A stretch of DNA of 64,000 nt from Octopus sinensis (GCF_006345805.1 NC_043001.1:60946001-61010000), one strand, 5' to 3'. Positions 11,780 to 24,830 are shown, numbered from the stretch's first letter. Notes: a model not told the origin generated them from the letters alone. Numbers and translations: made by a program.

Positions 11780-12340
11780 ATTGTCGCCGCTCCTTTTACA
11801 CCTGTATTACTCATGTATTGTATCGGCGACACCGCCCACACATCTGCTCCGATGACTAATAGATATCATGATAGCCTACTAGACTATCAAAATATCGGAA
11901 CCTTATATCCGGCTTTGTCTACACCAAAGGGTAAGGTTTGCGGTGGTAAAAATTGGTGCCTAAATTTAACACAAAAATTGTTTGATTCACCTCAACATTT
12001 AAATTTAATTTGTCAAAATATTTTCGTAGCTTTGAAACCGCGAACTGTTCACTGACAAAATTCCGTGCAGCAAGGAATTTGAATGTTGAAGTGAATCTAA
12101 AGGTTTTTTGTGTTTTTAAATGGGTTATAAACACATTCCATGCTGCAATTGTATCCTATATTCTACCAATACCACTATCAACACTTACCTCTACCTTGGA
12201 TTTTCTTTACCTCTTGGATACTCACCATTGGATGCACCTCTCTTTCGCGGATCAAAGTGACTTTGCATTGATGTGAAATCCTTAAAAAATATACCACGAC
12301 GTCTACACATTTCTCACCTTGAACTTTCAACCTTGAACTT
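11780..12340 (+). mobile_element. Highly decayed PLE RT relic (tentative)
   Basis: Only scattered motif echoes, e.g. INTFHAAI resembling FVNSFHPAL of the neighbouring PLE. No continuous frame. Confidence 0.3.
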
Positions 12341-12740
12341 GTTCGCATAAACTGTCCCGTTTGTTGTATTTTTATTTTCTCTTATATTACCACTTTTTTT
12401 ACATTCATTTCATGCTTTCCACATTTTCCTGCATTTTTGTTCTCCTTTCTGTCTTTCTTCCCTCTCTGGATGTCCATACTCCGTTTCCTCTGCCTGCACC
12501 CCCCTTTTTTTGCCTCCCCCTCTCTCTGCTTCCCTTCTTTCTTTCCCTTTTCCGTTTGCCCCGTCTTTTCTGCCCCTATCGCTTACTTATCTAGTTTTTT
12601 CATACGATTATTATTTTTTGTTTTTTTGAACGTTTGTTTTTTCCCTTTTTTTCTATTTTTTTCATACGATAATTTTTGTTTTTTGTTTTGTTTTTTTTGT
12701 TTTTTTTTTTTTTCGAACGTTTTTTTTCCGCTATCCCATC

Positions 12741-15650
12741 ATGCCGGATCCTAGGTCCTACCTCCTCACCCTCCATCACCGTTTGAAGGATCATCTCCGT
12801 TCTCTTCCTGTATATTGCCTTCAGCCGTCCGTTAATCTCTCTCTACTTCTTTTTAAAAAAACCCGCTTCTCTAGCCATGTCTCTTTCCTAAGCCGCTGCC
12901 TACATCACCGACTCATCCCTAAAGGTTTCCGCCTCCACTTCCACCCTGCTCTCCACTCGGATTCTTCCATCTTACCCATACTCCGCACCACATCTTACCG
13001 CCTTATGCGGGCCACCATTCGCTCCAATCTCTCCAATCTCTCCAAACTACATGCCATCAACCGCCTTCTTCCTCCTGCTTTCTCCACCTTCTTCTCCTCT
13101 CTGCCGCCTCTCTATGCTCCAAACACGCTACGCTTCATTATCCATTTGAATCAACTCTTCCATCAATTTCTTTCTAATACCAAACTTCGTAAACTCCAAT
13201 CACTCTTCCATTCCACCCTACCCGACGCCACTACCCCAACTCCTCCACCACCCTTCTCCCCTCCCGATATGCTCCATCCACCCACACCTAACCCCACTGC
13301 CCCTCCCTACAACCCCTTCTCCCCTCCCGATAGGCTCCATCCACCTACACCTAACCCTACTGCCCCGCCCAACCACCCCCACACACCTCCCCAATCCCTC
13401 CCCCTCAGACCTCCACGAGACCTACCACCCCTCCTACTTCTATTCCACCCACCCCTTCTCCACTTCCGTCTGTTGTTACCATTCCCCCCGATCTTCCCCT
13501 CTCTGCGGCTGAACGCTCCGTCCTTGGTAGGGTTCTGCGTTTCATCCCCCTCACTCCATCCTGTAAGGAATTCCAGACGCGAGTTGATGTCCACAGCTTT
13601 GTGCGCCGTGTCCGGTTGGGTGCGCATTACCACGACTCGCCACTCACACCCAACGAAGAGGACTGCTTCACTGGCCTGGGCCGCCGACCATCCCCGTGGA
13701 CGCCTGCCCCTGGCCAGATCCTAGCAGTGGATCTTTTCGCGGGCGCTTGTCAGCGTGCATTGGAGCGGTTCAACTTCTCCAGGCGCCAACGCCGCCTCAA
13801 CATCTCCCCGGCTGAGCTCTTGGCACTCCGTTGCCTCCAACGGCGCGCTGACATTATCATCAAACCGGCTGACAAGGGTGGAGCTGTAGTGGTGTGGCGC
13901 GCGGACCTCTATAGGGCCGAGGCTTTCCGCCAACTCAATGACACCACCTTCTATTCCCCTCTGCCCTCTAACCCCACACGTAGCTACCAACAGACGGTAT
14001 CCTCTACTGTCCACGACCTCATCTCGTCCTCCCGTCTCCCCCGCACCGCATGCAACCTAATTGTGCGAACCCCACGTACCCCCACCATTTACTTCCTCCC
14101 CAAAATCCACAAACCCAACAACCCTGGCCGCCCCATCGTCTCCGCCTGTAACTGCCCCACGGAGCTCATCTCTAAATACCTCGACCGTGTCCTTGCCCCC
14201 CTAGTGGCATCTCTTCCCTCCCACATCCACGATACCAACCATGCTCTCCGGCTTTTCAACTCTTTCTCCTTTCCTCCCGGCTCCTCCAAAATCCTTTTTA
14301 CTATGGACATCCAAAGCCTCTATACTGTTATCCCTCACCACGAAGGACTGCAGGCCCTTCGACACTTTCTTGACCTCCGCTCTAACCCTGTACCTGACAC
14401 CTCCACACTCATTCGTCTGGCCGAACTTGTCCTTACACTGAACTGCTTCTCGTTCGCGGGCGAGTTCTACCATCAGGTCTTGGGAGTGGCCATGGGAACG
14501 CGAATGGGCCCCAACTATGCGAACCTGTTCGTTGGCTATGTTGAGGCCCAAATATTCTCTAATTTCACTGGTCCCACTCCCGAACTATATGGTCGTTACA
14601 TCGACGACATTATCGGTGCCACCTCACTCTCCCGCGAACATCTAGATTCCTTCCTCTCTTTCGTCAATCTTTCCATCCAGCCCTCCACTTCACTTCCACT
14701 ATCTCCAACACCTCTGTCTCCTTCCTCGACATTTCGGTTAGCATTCTTCACTCCACTCTTACCACCTCCATTCACTACAAACACACAGACTCACACTCAT
14801 ACCTCAACTTCTCTTCCTCCCACCCAGAAAACACCAAGCTTTCCATCCCCTATTCCCAATTCCTCCGTCTACGTAGGCTCTGTAGTGACGACCATGACTT
14901 TGAGACTCAGTCTCAACGTATGGCTCACCACTTCACCCTACGTGGATACCCCCTCACCACTATCCACACCGCCCTTGCCAGAGCACGGTCCGTGGACCGT
15001 GTATCTGCTCTCTCTCCCCGAACCCGCCCTGTAGTCTCCCGCCTCCCTTTTCCCCTCACTTACCACCCCACGACCCTACGTCTCCAACGCACCATTCTTC
15101 GAGCTTTCCGTCATCTCCAGTCCGACCCGTCCACTTCACACCTCTTCCCTAACCGACCCCTCCCCTCTTTCAAACGAGCCCACAACCTTCGAGACCTTTT
15201 GGTCCATAGCTCCTTCCCTGACCCTACCTCCCAACCCGGCTCGTTCCCCTGCTCTCGCCCACGTTGCCGCACTTGCCCTTACCTTTCCAACACCACCCGC
15301 CTCACTAGCACCCACCATCGACCCTATCCCATCATCCACTCCTTCACCTGCACCTCCAGCAATATTATCTATTGCATCTCTTGCTCTCTCTGCAATTCCT
15401 TGTACATCGGACAAACGGGACGCAGCTTGGCTGACCGGTTCGCGGAACACCTTCGTGACATCCACCTTGCGAACTGCACACCGGTCTCACGCCATTTCCG
15501 CTCCACCGGTCACTCCTTGCAACACCTATCTGTGTTCGGTTTGTCCTTACACAGAGGCCATCCGGATTCCCGTTTGCGCCGTGAACAGGTATTAATCTTC
15601 TCTCTTCGCTCTTATACGCCATTTGGTCTCAACTCTCCCCCCTCCTCATC
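12741..15650 (+). pseudogene. PLE RT/GIY-YIG ORF with two -1 frameshifts (~13355-13480 and ~14668)
   Basis: ORF track pieces 12741-13724, 13601-15034 and 14920-15963 join in successive -1 frames. Adding one T at AAT-CTTTC (~14668) restores NSFHPALHFTSTISNTSVSFLDI and YKHTDSHSYL. I found no in-frame stops in the joined frames. Confidence 0.85.
13249..13380 (+). repeat. Two-copy ~63-bp proline-rich tandem repeat in the PLE ORF
   Basis: PFSPPDMLHPPTPNPTAPPYN / PFSPPDRLHPPTPNPTAPPNH. Confidence 0.8.
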
Positions 15651-16460
15651 TAACCCCCCTCTCCCCCCTCCTCACCTATCCTTTCCCCCCGACCCCTACT
15701 TCTTCAGTCCTTCATCCTTTCACCCCTACTCCCCTTCCCTTCTTCCCTCTTTCTCCCTCCCTCCTTCCCTCTTTCTCCCTCCCTCCTTCCCTCTGCTCCC
15801 TCACTCCCCCTCTCCCTCTTTCCTCCTTCCTCCCCTCCTCCCCTTCCTTCTCCCCCTCCTCTCTCTCCCCATCCTCTCCTCTTCCCTCCCCCCCTCCCCT
15901 CCTCCCCTTCCCCCCTCTTCTCCTCACTACACCACACGACTTCACACATCACATCATATATGATGTGCCATACTAATACATACACCAACTAATACATACT
16001 AATACGTTCTAATACATACTAATACATACTAATACATACACCAACCCTATACATACACACGTCCAGACCCCTCATACGCACTTATACTCTCTCATACACA
16101 CACACACACACTATACATACTAATACGTAAATACATACTAATACATACTAATACATACACCAACCCCATACATACGCACGTCCACACCAATCCTACGCAC
16201 TAATACTCTCTCATACACACACACACACACACACCCTTATACATACTAATACATACACCAACCCTATACATACACACGTCCAGACCCCTCCTACGCACTA
16301 TTAGCTGGTCCTTCAACCATATTATCAACCCTATTATCTCCCCTTATTTCGCTCTCGCGTCTCATGTTTGATCTTTGACCTCTGGCCGAAATCAGATCGC
16401 CATGTTGATTCGTTAGCTACTGCACGCATTTTTTTCTCTCCTTCTTTCTGTGTTTTTTTT

Positions 16461-16500
16461 TCTCTTCTGTTGAAGAGCGTAGGCTCGAAACGTTAAAGAC
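16461..16500 (+). ncRNA. Minimal hammerhead-like motif with A6U core variant in the PLE tail
   Basis: TCTCTT-CTGTTGA-A-GAGC(GTAG)GCTC-GAAACGTT-AAAGAC. Confidence 0.55.
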
Positions 16501-16597
16501 TTGTTTTATTTATATTTCCTGAGCGCCATTCTAATACAATTGTTCGTTTGTTTTCCACCTGCCTTCGTCTTTTGTCTATTTTCATAAAGCTTCCCGT

Positions 16598-16667
<70 letters not shown>

Positions 16668-17979
16668 TTATTTATACCAAACAGGCAGGCTTTTTAGCCT
16701 CAGTCACCGACGGCCTGAAAATATCGCAGGTACTCTATTACATTTTACATACACACACACACGCGCACACACACACACACACAATATGGGTACACGGATA
16801 CGGGTACATACGGATACGGACACACGCACACACGTACACGGACACATATCCAGGCAGTCAACATTAACTTAACTACTATTTCCAATCGCTTCTTTCTTAT
16901 CTTGGTGCAGTAGTCTGTAAAATTTGTCCGCTCTATTTTGTAATCGAAGCGTCACTGTATAGGCCTTCTCTAGCTTTCTCGGTAGTATATATTGCTTTCT
17001 GCCTGTTTGAGTGTGTGTATTCTGCAAGCCGCTGTAGCACAGCGGTTTTATGTTGAAACACTTCCCAATCTAGAAAATAGCAGCGGTAGTTTTCATCTGC
17101 AAGAACATTGTTCCTCAATGTTGCTTCTATTTAATACAAATTTTCACTAGGTTGCTTAACCACATACCCTCTTTCTATGAAATGAAATGTCAATTTACAC
17201 TTTTTCTCCATCACTCTTCACACACTCCCTCTTGCTCTCCCCTCTCTTCTCTCTCTCTCTCTCTCTCTATCCCTCTGTCGTATGCTTGCTTTCTCTTTGA
17301 CTTGAATATCTTTAAAATGGTTGAAGTTTGCATTATCTAAACACTTCAACGAAATTGACACCATGGAGGATAGAAGTAGTGCAAATTTTCTTGTATTTAG
17401 GGAGAGTTATTGAATAGCAAAATCTTTCGGGCACACGCACATTCATATGCGTTGACAAACACACATATATTTATTACCACACCATGTATATATTTATGTA
17501 TATAGACACATACTTCTTATCGAGAAACACTATCTTATTAGATTTATCATATGCAAAACTGTCTGTGCGGTGATATCTTTCAATGGAATATTCTTGACTT
17601 GAAGAAGTAACTCTGACATGTTTTAAAAGGTACAATGGTAACTCCAAATTTTATTTACTGATGCAATTTTCTGCAATGATATTTTGCTTCAAACGAGAGG
17701 AAATTGAAATCTTGTGAATATTCAAATTAATACCTACTTACAGTACATTACGTTTAATCTTTTGTGTATTATATGGAAATCTATCAAATCTGAATTAATT
17801 TCATTTGGTTATCAACTGTAAAAATGTTACTCTTCCTGTGAACACAATTTATTCTACGATAATTTAGCAAAATTTAATATATATGCCTGGAATAATTTTA
17901 AATTCAATAAATTTGCAAACTTTTTTAATATGAGTGTGTGCGCGTGAAACACTTTATGTGAAGAATATATAATTGCATA

Positions 17980-18548
17980 AAGGCAGCGAGCTGGCAGAAA
18001 TGTTAGCACGCCAGGGAAATGCTTAGCGGTATTTCCTCCGCCGCGGGATTCAGAGTTCAAATAACGCCGAGGTCGACTTTGCCTTTCACCCTTTCGGGGT
18101 CGATAAATTAAGCACCAGTTACGCACAGGGGTCGATGTAATCAACTTAATCTGTTTGTCTGTCCTTGTTTGTACTCTCTGTGTTTAGCCCCTTGTGGGTA
18201 GTAAAGAAATATGTATTTCATCTGCCGCTACGTTCTGAGTTCAAATTCCGCCGGGGTCGACTTTGCCTTTCATCCTTTCGGGGTCGATTAAATAAGTACC
18301 AGTTACGCACTGGGGTCGATATAATCGACTTAATCCGTTTGTCTGTCCTTGTTTGTACTCTCTGTGTTTAGCCCCTTGTGGGTAGTAAAGAAATAGGTAT
18401 TTCATCTGCCGCTACGTTCTGAGTTCAAATTCCGCCCAGGTCGACTCCTTTCGGAGTCGATAAACTAAGTACCTGTTGCGTACTGGCTCGATCTAATCGA
18501 CTGGCCCCCTCCCCCAAATTTCGAGACTTGTGCCTTGAGTAGAAAATA
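17980..18548 (+). mobile_element. tRNA-derived SINE family A, tandemly expanded (~184-bp units)
   Basis: Head AAGGCAGCGAGCTGGCAGAAA..TTAGCACGCC, B-box-like GAGTTCAAAT. The unit starting GTATTTCATCTGCCGC recurs at 18213 and 18397. Homologs occur elsewhere in the window. Confidence 0.8.
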
Positions 18549-18604
18549 ATATATTATTGCACACGCATATACAAAAGTGCGCACACGCTTTTATTCTTAT
18601 ACAC

Positions 18605-18639
<35 letters not shown>

Positions 18640-19119
18640 CATATATTGTTTAAGTGCTTCAGATAATATTATGCATATATTTTCCTAGTTGTATACCTAA
18701 TAATTCCATTTTCTGTTTCTTTTTGTATATCCCCTAAAGGTTAGCTGTCTTGTAGACATACACACACAAAAGACAGTTCAATAAGTATGAGGCTGGGAGA
18801 AAGAGATAGAAAAGAGAAAAGAATGGGTTCATGATGGTGATGATGATGACAACCACGACGACAATAACGACAACGACGATGGTGATGATGGTGATGATGA
18901 TTGTGTTGAGGAGGCGAAAATGATGATTCGATGGCACTATATAAATGATGAAGGCGACGATAAAGTATGAACATAATACAAGAATGGAGTGAAAAGTTTA
19001 TTACCTGACTGAAGAAGTGATGCTAAAGTCGCGATATCTTGCACACATCAATTTCCACACCTATTATTAAATGCACTGATTCTTTCTCGGTAAATTGATA
19101 TTTCACTGTCAAAAGTAAC

Positions 19120-19848
19120 TAGTTGAAACTTCTCCTGAAACTGGACAAAGTTTGGCGTCAAAGAGTTATCAAGTACCTGCAGAAATATGGTTTAGTCCTC
19201 AAGGACAATCATGACACAGTGAATACTGACAGGACGACGCTCCGAATTTATCAATAGAACAAAAGTTGGCAGCTGACGTTAGGAGGGAAACGAATTTTGA
19301 AGATGACCCAATATCTGGACGTTCTTCAACTTCCACCACCAAAAAAAAAAAAACACACATGGAAAACTGGGAAAACTGGGGTGCAAAAGGTATTGTGTTT
19401 ATTAATTACCTTCAAAAGTGCCATCAACAGGGAGTGAGAAACCGGCATGCTGAGAGAGTTACGAAAGCCTTTCAAGAACAAACGACCAGGAAAACAGTAG
19501 AAAGTGGTCATGTTTCATCAGGACTGTGCTCCAACATACACGTCCTTTATTTACGAGAGCTGATGTGCACGACTTTTGCAATGGACTGGTCGATCAACCT
19601 CCCTACCTCCTGATTTGGCCCCATCTGATTATCAGCCTCTCCCAGCGCAAAAAACACTTGTCTATGAAGAAGGATTGCTGTGATGATGATGTCACATTTG
19701 CTGTTGATGAAAGCTTCTTCACCAATAGAATTCAAGGGCTGCAATGTGCGGACCGCAAGGGGGACTATGTCGAAAGATTAATCTCATTTGGTCACATTCC
19801 ATGGGATCATTTTGGTCAGCCTACGAACATTTTAGTCCACTCTCGTAT
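19120..19848 (+). mobile_element. Mariner transposon relic with internal deletion
   Basis: EDDP.SGR.STS, GAKGIVFI.YLQK, FHQDCAP, degenerate PPY.PDLAPSDY, KGDYVE. Right TIR-like end CAGCCTACGAAC...CTCTCGTA. Confidence 0.85.
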
Positions 19849-19970
19849 TTTTGGTAAATACTCCTACCTTGGTTCACATATCTAATATCAGTTGCAGAAT
19901 TGTGCCCATTTAGTTTCTAGAGGTAAACATATAACTGATATCAGGTTACCTCTAATATTATAGAACTCCG

Positions 19971-20200
19971 AAAGGCTGCGTGCTGGCTGAATCTTTCTCA
20001 CTTCGCGCAAAGTGCCTAGAGGTTTTTCGCCTGTTTTTACGTCTGAGTCCAAATGCCGCCGCCGTCGACTTTGCTTTTCATCCGTTCGAGGTCGATAAAA
20101 TAAGTACCAGTTGAGTAATGGGGGTTGCTATAATAGATTTAATTCCTCGTTCCATATTGCTGGCCTTGTGACAAAATTTGAAACCAACATTATAGAACTA
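19971..20200 (+). mobile_element. SINE family A, diverged copy
   Basis: GTCGACTTTGCTTTTCATCC..GAGGTCGATAAAATAAGTACCAGTTG matches family A. Confidence 0.75.
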
Positions 20201-20878
20201 TCAGAAAAGTATTGTGTATCTTCTTTTGTTGTCATTTTAATATTCGTTTCACAGATTATGAAACGGCACGGATTTGAAATTTCGTTGAGATACTCTTAAA
20301 TAATTCAAAACAGAAAAAGAAATGAAAAGCATCCACTAAACAGAATCAAACACAAATGAGAGAAATACGCATATTCATTTAAACATCACGCTCCTTCATA
20401 CATCAATTAGAAACATGTTAAAATATAGAAAGAGACATCTAAAACCACGTTCACCCGTAGAGAATGTAATTAACTAATTTAATGCAAAATGAATAAGTAC
20501 ATTAAAATTTATAATTAGAAAATCGCTAGGCAGCTGTTGGTTGAAATTAGCACGTACAAATGGAAAAAAATTGAAAGCACAGATATATGTTTGTTTGCGT
20601 ATTGTATGTATAGTTCAGTCACGCTTATAAGTGAGTGTCTATTTGAAAGTGTGTGTTATAAGTGTGTCAGTTTCCTAAATTTATAAACTGCTTAAATTAA
20701 ATGATGTCATAGGGATACAATATATTCTATATTTACCTTTCTATTTGAAAGTGCAGCTGCATATCAACTTGCCTTTCAGTATGGATTTTATTTCCTTCTC
20801 ATCTCTCCCTCCAACCCTATTCATCTCCTCCTATCCCCCTTTCTCTCTCTCATTACAAACGTACAGATATCCGTATAT

Positions 20879-20899
<21 letters not shown>

Positions 20900-20919
<20 letters not shown>

Positions 20920-22330
20920 AACCTGCTGTGGAATAGGTTGTACTTATCTCTCGTGTGTTTACGTATTTTTTACTCGTTGGTGATGTCCTGTACTTAATGT
21001 ATATTTTTTATCCATATATATATGTAAAGTAAACAGAGAAGGGAGAACTATTGATCAACAACAATTGAATAACATCAATTATTAATTTTTAATTCAATAC
21101 AAATATAACTGTATCCTATCTAACAGCTGTTTCTGCTTCCAATATTATATAGTATTTCCAGTGGAAATTCTAAAAGTAATATTCGTCATATTTGGTAATA
21201 CATCCGATCTGGAACATAAAGCTTCATCAGTGTGAAGAAAAATACATACCCAAAAGAAAAGAAATGAAATGAAGAGCCTCGAGAGGAAGATTAAACGCTT
21301 AATATATTTCAATCGTATCATTTTGCTTCGGGACGTTCAGTAAAGGAGTAAACTTAAAAAAGCAATTGGTAGCTTGATTTTTCTATGGGGATAACAGGAG
21401 GAATAAGCAATAAAAAAGTATAAATTAAAATTTTACAATAACTGGATATGTCAATGGGTTTAGACAAAGAGGGAGAGTGTGCCATAAAGTTTTGAAGCAA
21501 TTATAAAATTATTATGTTCATAGTACTAATCAATAGTTTATTAAAATAAAGAACACATTATTTACTTATCGATATGTTGTAAAGTTCAACCACTTATTTC
21601 TCGTAATGGGATTGATCAAAGTCCAGCGTTCGATGTAACTGGTCAGTTAAATTTAAAGAAAAAAACAAAGGGCAAGTCATTAAGACCCTTATGCGGGTTT
21701 GTATAAATAGATTAATAAAAATGAAACGTATGGGAAAGTAGTATATATTGTAAGTGGCCCATAACCTCTTAGGACATTGTATATAAAAAACATACATGTA
21801 AACAAGTGCAATGAGAAGGAATGACCAATGCCAACAGTATCATTAAAAACTAGAAAGGTATCTACTTGGACAACTATGAATTAAGGTGGTTGGGCGGAGA
21901 AAATGGATCAAAGCGTTATAGAATAGGGGTGTGAAATTAGTAGACAAAGAAATGAGTTAATTGGTAGGAAGAATGATAAAGGTGAAAACTACGGTTAAGG
22001 GGAGGTAATAACTACGGAAGTGACTTAAATTGGGAGAATTATAATACAAAGTCTAACTTCTGAACTAACAACCACTGTATCTAAGCAGTGAACTGACTAG
22101 ACAATCAAATAGTAAGTGGCTAAGCATTCTTAAATACATTCGGCCTAGTGGCCATATGAATAAGTAAAAATACAAACCTCTAAATTAATTAAATCATTAT
22201 AATTTAGTTACTTTCTAATTATTATTATTGTTACAGATACAGTGTTACGATACAGTTTGCTCAATCATACTTAATATATATTATTATATATATATATTAT
22301 TATTATTACTGACATTGTCGTTATATCAAC
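20900..22330 (-). mobile_element. Old decayed PLE with hammerhead-bearing tail
   Basis: Faint RT echo (SIYTNPHKGLND) on the minus strand, and a tail with a CTGATGA...GAAACAGCTGT motif at 21116-21234. Confidence 0.45.
21116..21234 (-). ncRNA. Degenerate hammerhead with long stem II loop
   Basis: CTGATGA-AGCTT(~75 nt)AAGC-A-GAAACAGCTGT-T. Palindrome ACAGCTGT; stem I poorly paired. Confidence 0.4.
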
Positions 22331-22539
22331 TCATGCTTGGGTACATACGTATGGGGGCTTCCACAATTGTACTTCCATGCATGTAGCAGCGGTGGAAGCA
22401 AATGTAGGATGATGTGGGCTTGCAAAATAATTTTGTCACTATTCTGCCTACAGAAAACTTAAATTTGTGTCGAAAAATTCGACGCTAGTTTTTGAAACCT
22501 ATCCTGTAATCCTTCCCAGACATAAATAACAACAACAGC

Positions 22540-22800
<261 letters not shown>

Positions 22801-23350
22801 GCCCTGATGCAGTACCAGGCAGTGGCTCTCATGGCTTCTTATCTTAACTGATTGGAAGTGTTATCATGTACATTGTTTTGTCTTGGTATAAAGGATGGGC
22901 TACAGCAAATATTCTGCTCAATAGATTTGCTTGTCAGTTGTTTGACCTTAACCAGTTGAGCATGTCCCTTAGTGGCTGACGATATGTGCATCTCTGATTA
23001 CGAGCAGAAGTAGTGGGGGAGCATCATAGCCATGTGTTGAGAGGGATTCTTTGGGGTTTGAATAATTCACCTCTGGAAACATGGGTGGTTCTTTCAACAT
23101 CCTTAAACAACCCTTATTCAGGGACCTTTTGAGCGGGATGGGCTACTCAACCTGAAGAAAATTCTAACTGGGCCCCACCTGCAAGGTCATGTGCTGTTTA
23201 TCTTGATATGAGATCACCATGTCGCGCACATATGGTTGTGATGCTTGTGCCTAGTGTACCCTTATCAGACGGGTAGTCATGACGGGTATATTGGGCGTCG
23301 TATATTTTACCCCAGTGTCACTTTGAGGGCATGCGCTGCTCTCTCACTCA
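22801..23350 (+). mobile_element. 550-bp non-coding element inserted in (TAA)n, copy 1
   Basis: Near-identical to 32303-32852. Begins GCCCTGATGCAGTACC, ends CTCTCTCACTCA, with (TAA)n on both sides. Strand is assumed. Confidence 0.85.
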
Positions 23351-23368
23351 ATAATAATAATAATAATA

Positions 23369-23413
<45 letters not shown>

Positions 23414-23414
<1 letters not shown>

Positions 23415-24320
23415 GAGGAAGGGGATTGATTAGTGAGGAAGACTGCATGCGTATCGAACTCAAGAACTGAATGAAATATCTAGCACAAAGTAATGAAACC
23501 TTGCTAGTGATATTTAGGCATGAGGAAGTAATGAGGACAGAGAAAAAACGGAAAACAAAGGAAGAAGCATAAAAAGGACATGAAGAATTACGCAAGAAGG
23601 ACTTTACAATCAATTCTATATAGCCAAAAATAGGTCCGATAGGCTGATGGAAAGAACCCTAAAATAAGAACCGGGAGCAGTCTATTGGCAGCGCAAGACC
23701 AATATTTGGTCACGGATTGGAGGGTCAATCTGAAGAATAAGAAAGTGTCTCCACTGTGCCGCATCTCTAATAGAGTGGATGAAGCCATTGCCCATATCAC
23801 GAACGTATGCTCTACACTTGCCCAAAACTGTTGTGGCGATTTGACCAGGTAGCGAAATTGCTACATTGGAAAAGAGGGAAACTTGGGGGCTAGAGAGAGG
23901 CAAGACTTGGTATGAGCACAAAGCGGAGAGAGTGATGCAGTCAGGGACTAGCGAAATCCTCTGGGATTTCCTAATCCAAATACATCAGGTGGTAGAGTAT
24001 AACACACCGTACTACGTGGGTCTAGACAAGGTGCACCACATATGCTATACATTTGACGTTGAATGCCTCTCTGACCTACGGTTAGTCAAGAATTATTGTT
24101 GGGTCCTTGGGAGTAATACAAGAAGGCATCAAGAGGAATATAAAGGAAATTTGAACAGAGTGCCCAGTAGAAGTGTTGCAAAAGGCTTGCCTCCTTGGCA
24201 CGGCCAGAATAATCAAAAACGTATTAGATAGCTGAAAAGATCGGATAACATGGTACCGAATGCTGCAGGGAGTAAACCCGCTATGTATACAAGACTCCAG
24301 GAGTTCCAGCAAAACCTGTG
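23414..24320 (+). mobile_element. 5'-truncated R4/Dong-clade (RLE) retrotransposon in (TAA)n
   Basis: Degenerate GRGLISEEDC, AAQDQ, KVSPLCRI..RVDEAIAHI (CCHC region), KTWYEHK, ILWDFLIQ, then decayed PD..D nuclease region. Flanked by (TAA)n. Confidence 0.8.
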
Positions 24321-24388
24321 ATAATGAGAATAATAATAATAATAATAAATAATAATAATAATAATAATATAATAATAATAATAATAAT

Positions 24389-24634
24389 ACCTGGAAATAG
24401 AGGTAAATCTTATGTGGAATGTAAAAACGGAAACAATTTCTATCATAGTAGATGCATTAGGTATGATAAAAATATATTCAGACAAATACATAACAAAAAC
24501 ACCTGGACTTACAAACACATATAGCATAGAGAACATTGCACTACTGGGCACTGCGCACATCCTACGCGAAACGCTTTCAATACAGTAACCATAAGAGCAT
24601 CACAGCAAATCACAGCACATACCCAAGGCACACA
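24389..24634 (+). mobile_element. Short 3' fragment of a second R4/Dong-type family, fused to a SINE
   Basis: YLEIEVNLMWNVKTETISIIVDALGMIK...IALLGTAHILRETL (R4-type C-terminus). Near-identical to 25087-25330. Confidence 0.8.
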
Positions 24635-24799
24635 GGAGTGGCTGTGTGGTAAGTAGCTTGCTAACCAACCACATGGTTCCGGGTTCAGTCCCACTGCGTG
24701 GCAACTTGGGCAAGTGTCCTCTGCTATAGCCCCGGGCCAACCAATGCCTTGTGAGTGGATCTGGTAGATGGAAACTGAAAGAAGCCTGTCGTATATATG

Positions 24800-24830
<31 letters not shown>

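Larger units (their letters stand above)
12741..16600 (+). mobile_element. Near full-length Penelope-like retroelement (Neptune-like: RT, Cys linker, C-terminal GIY-YIG) with 3' UTR/pLTR
   Basis: IIIKPADKGGAVVV, FLPKIHKPNNPGRPIVS, TMDIQSLYT, GVAMGTRMGP, RYIDD, linker PCSRPRCRTCP, GIY-YIG IIYCISCSLCNSLYIGQTGRSLADRFAEH...PFGLN. No 5' pLTR copy seen. Ends at (TA)n. Confidence 0.93.

Noticed and set aside
12340-12740. Intron or 5' pLTR of the long PLE
   Set aside because: T-rich, but no clear splice pair and no similarity to the 3' tail or hammerhead.
13601-15963. Selenocysteine or programmed frameshift recoding in the PLE ORF
   Set aside because: No in-frame TGA and no canonical slippery heptamer at the breakpoints. 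PLEs normally have one ORF, so indels are more likely.
15623-15988. Pro/Ser/Leu-rich and Gly/Glu/Arg-rich ORFs
   Set aside because: CT-rich low-complexity 3' UTR of the PLE. The GIY-YIG domain ends near 15640.
16933-17118. 61-aa ORF as a host exon
   Set aside because: No recognisable domain or convincing splice pair; another frame weakly resembles a LINE C-terminus.
17980-18548. CRISPR-like repeat array
   Set aside because: Units are ~184-bp SINE multimers without unique spacers, in eukaryotic context with no cas genes.
22801-22860. HDV-like or hammerhead ribozyme at the 5' end of the 550-bp element
   Set aside because: I could not thread the nested double pseudoknot or find a GAAA partner by eye; needs a descriptor search.
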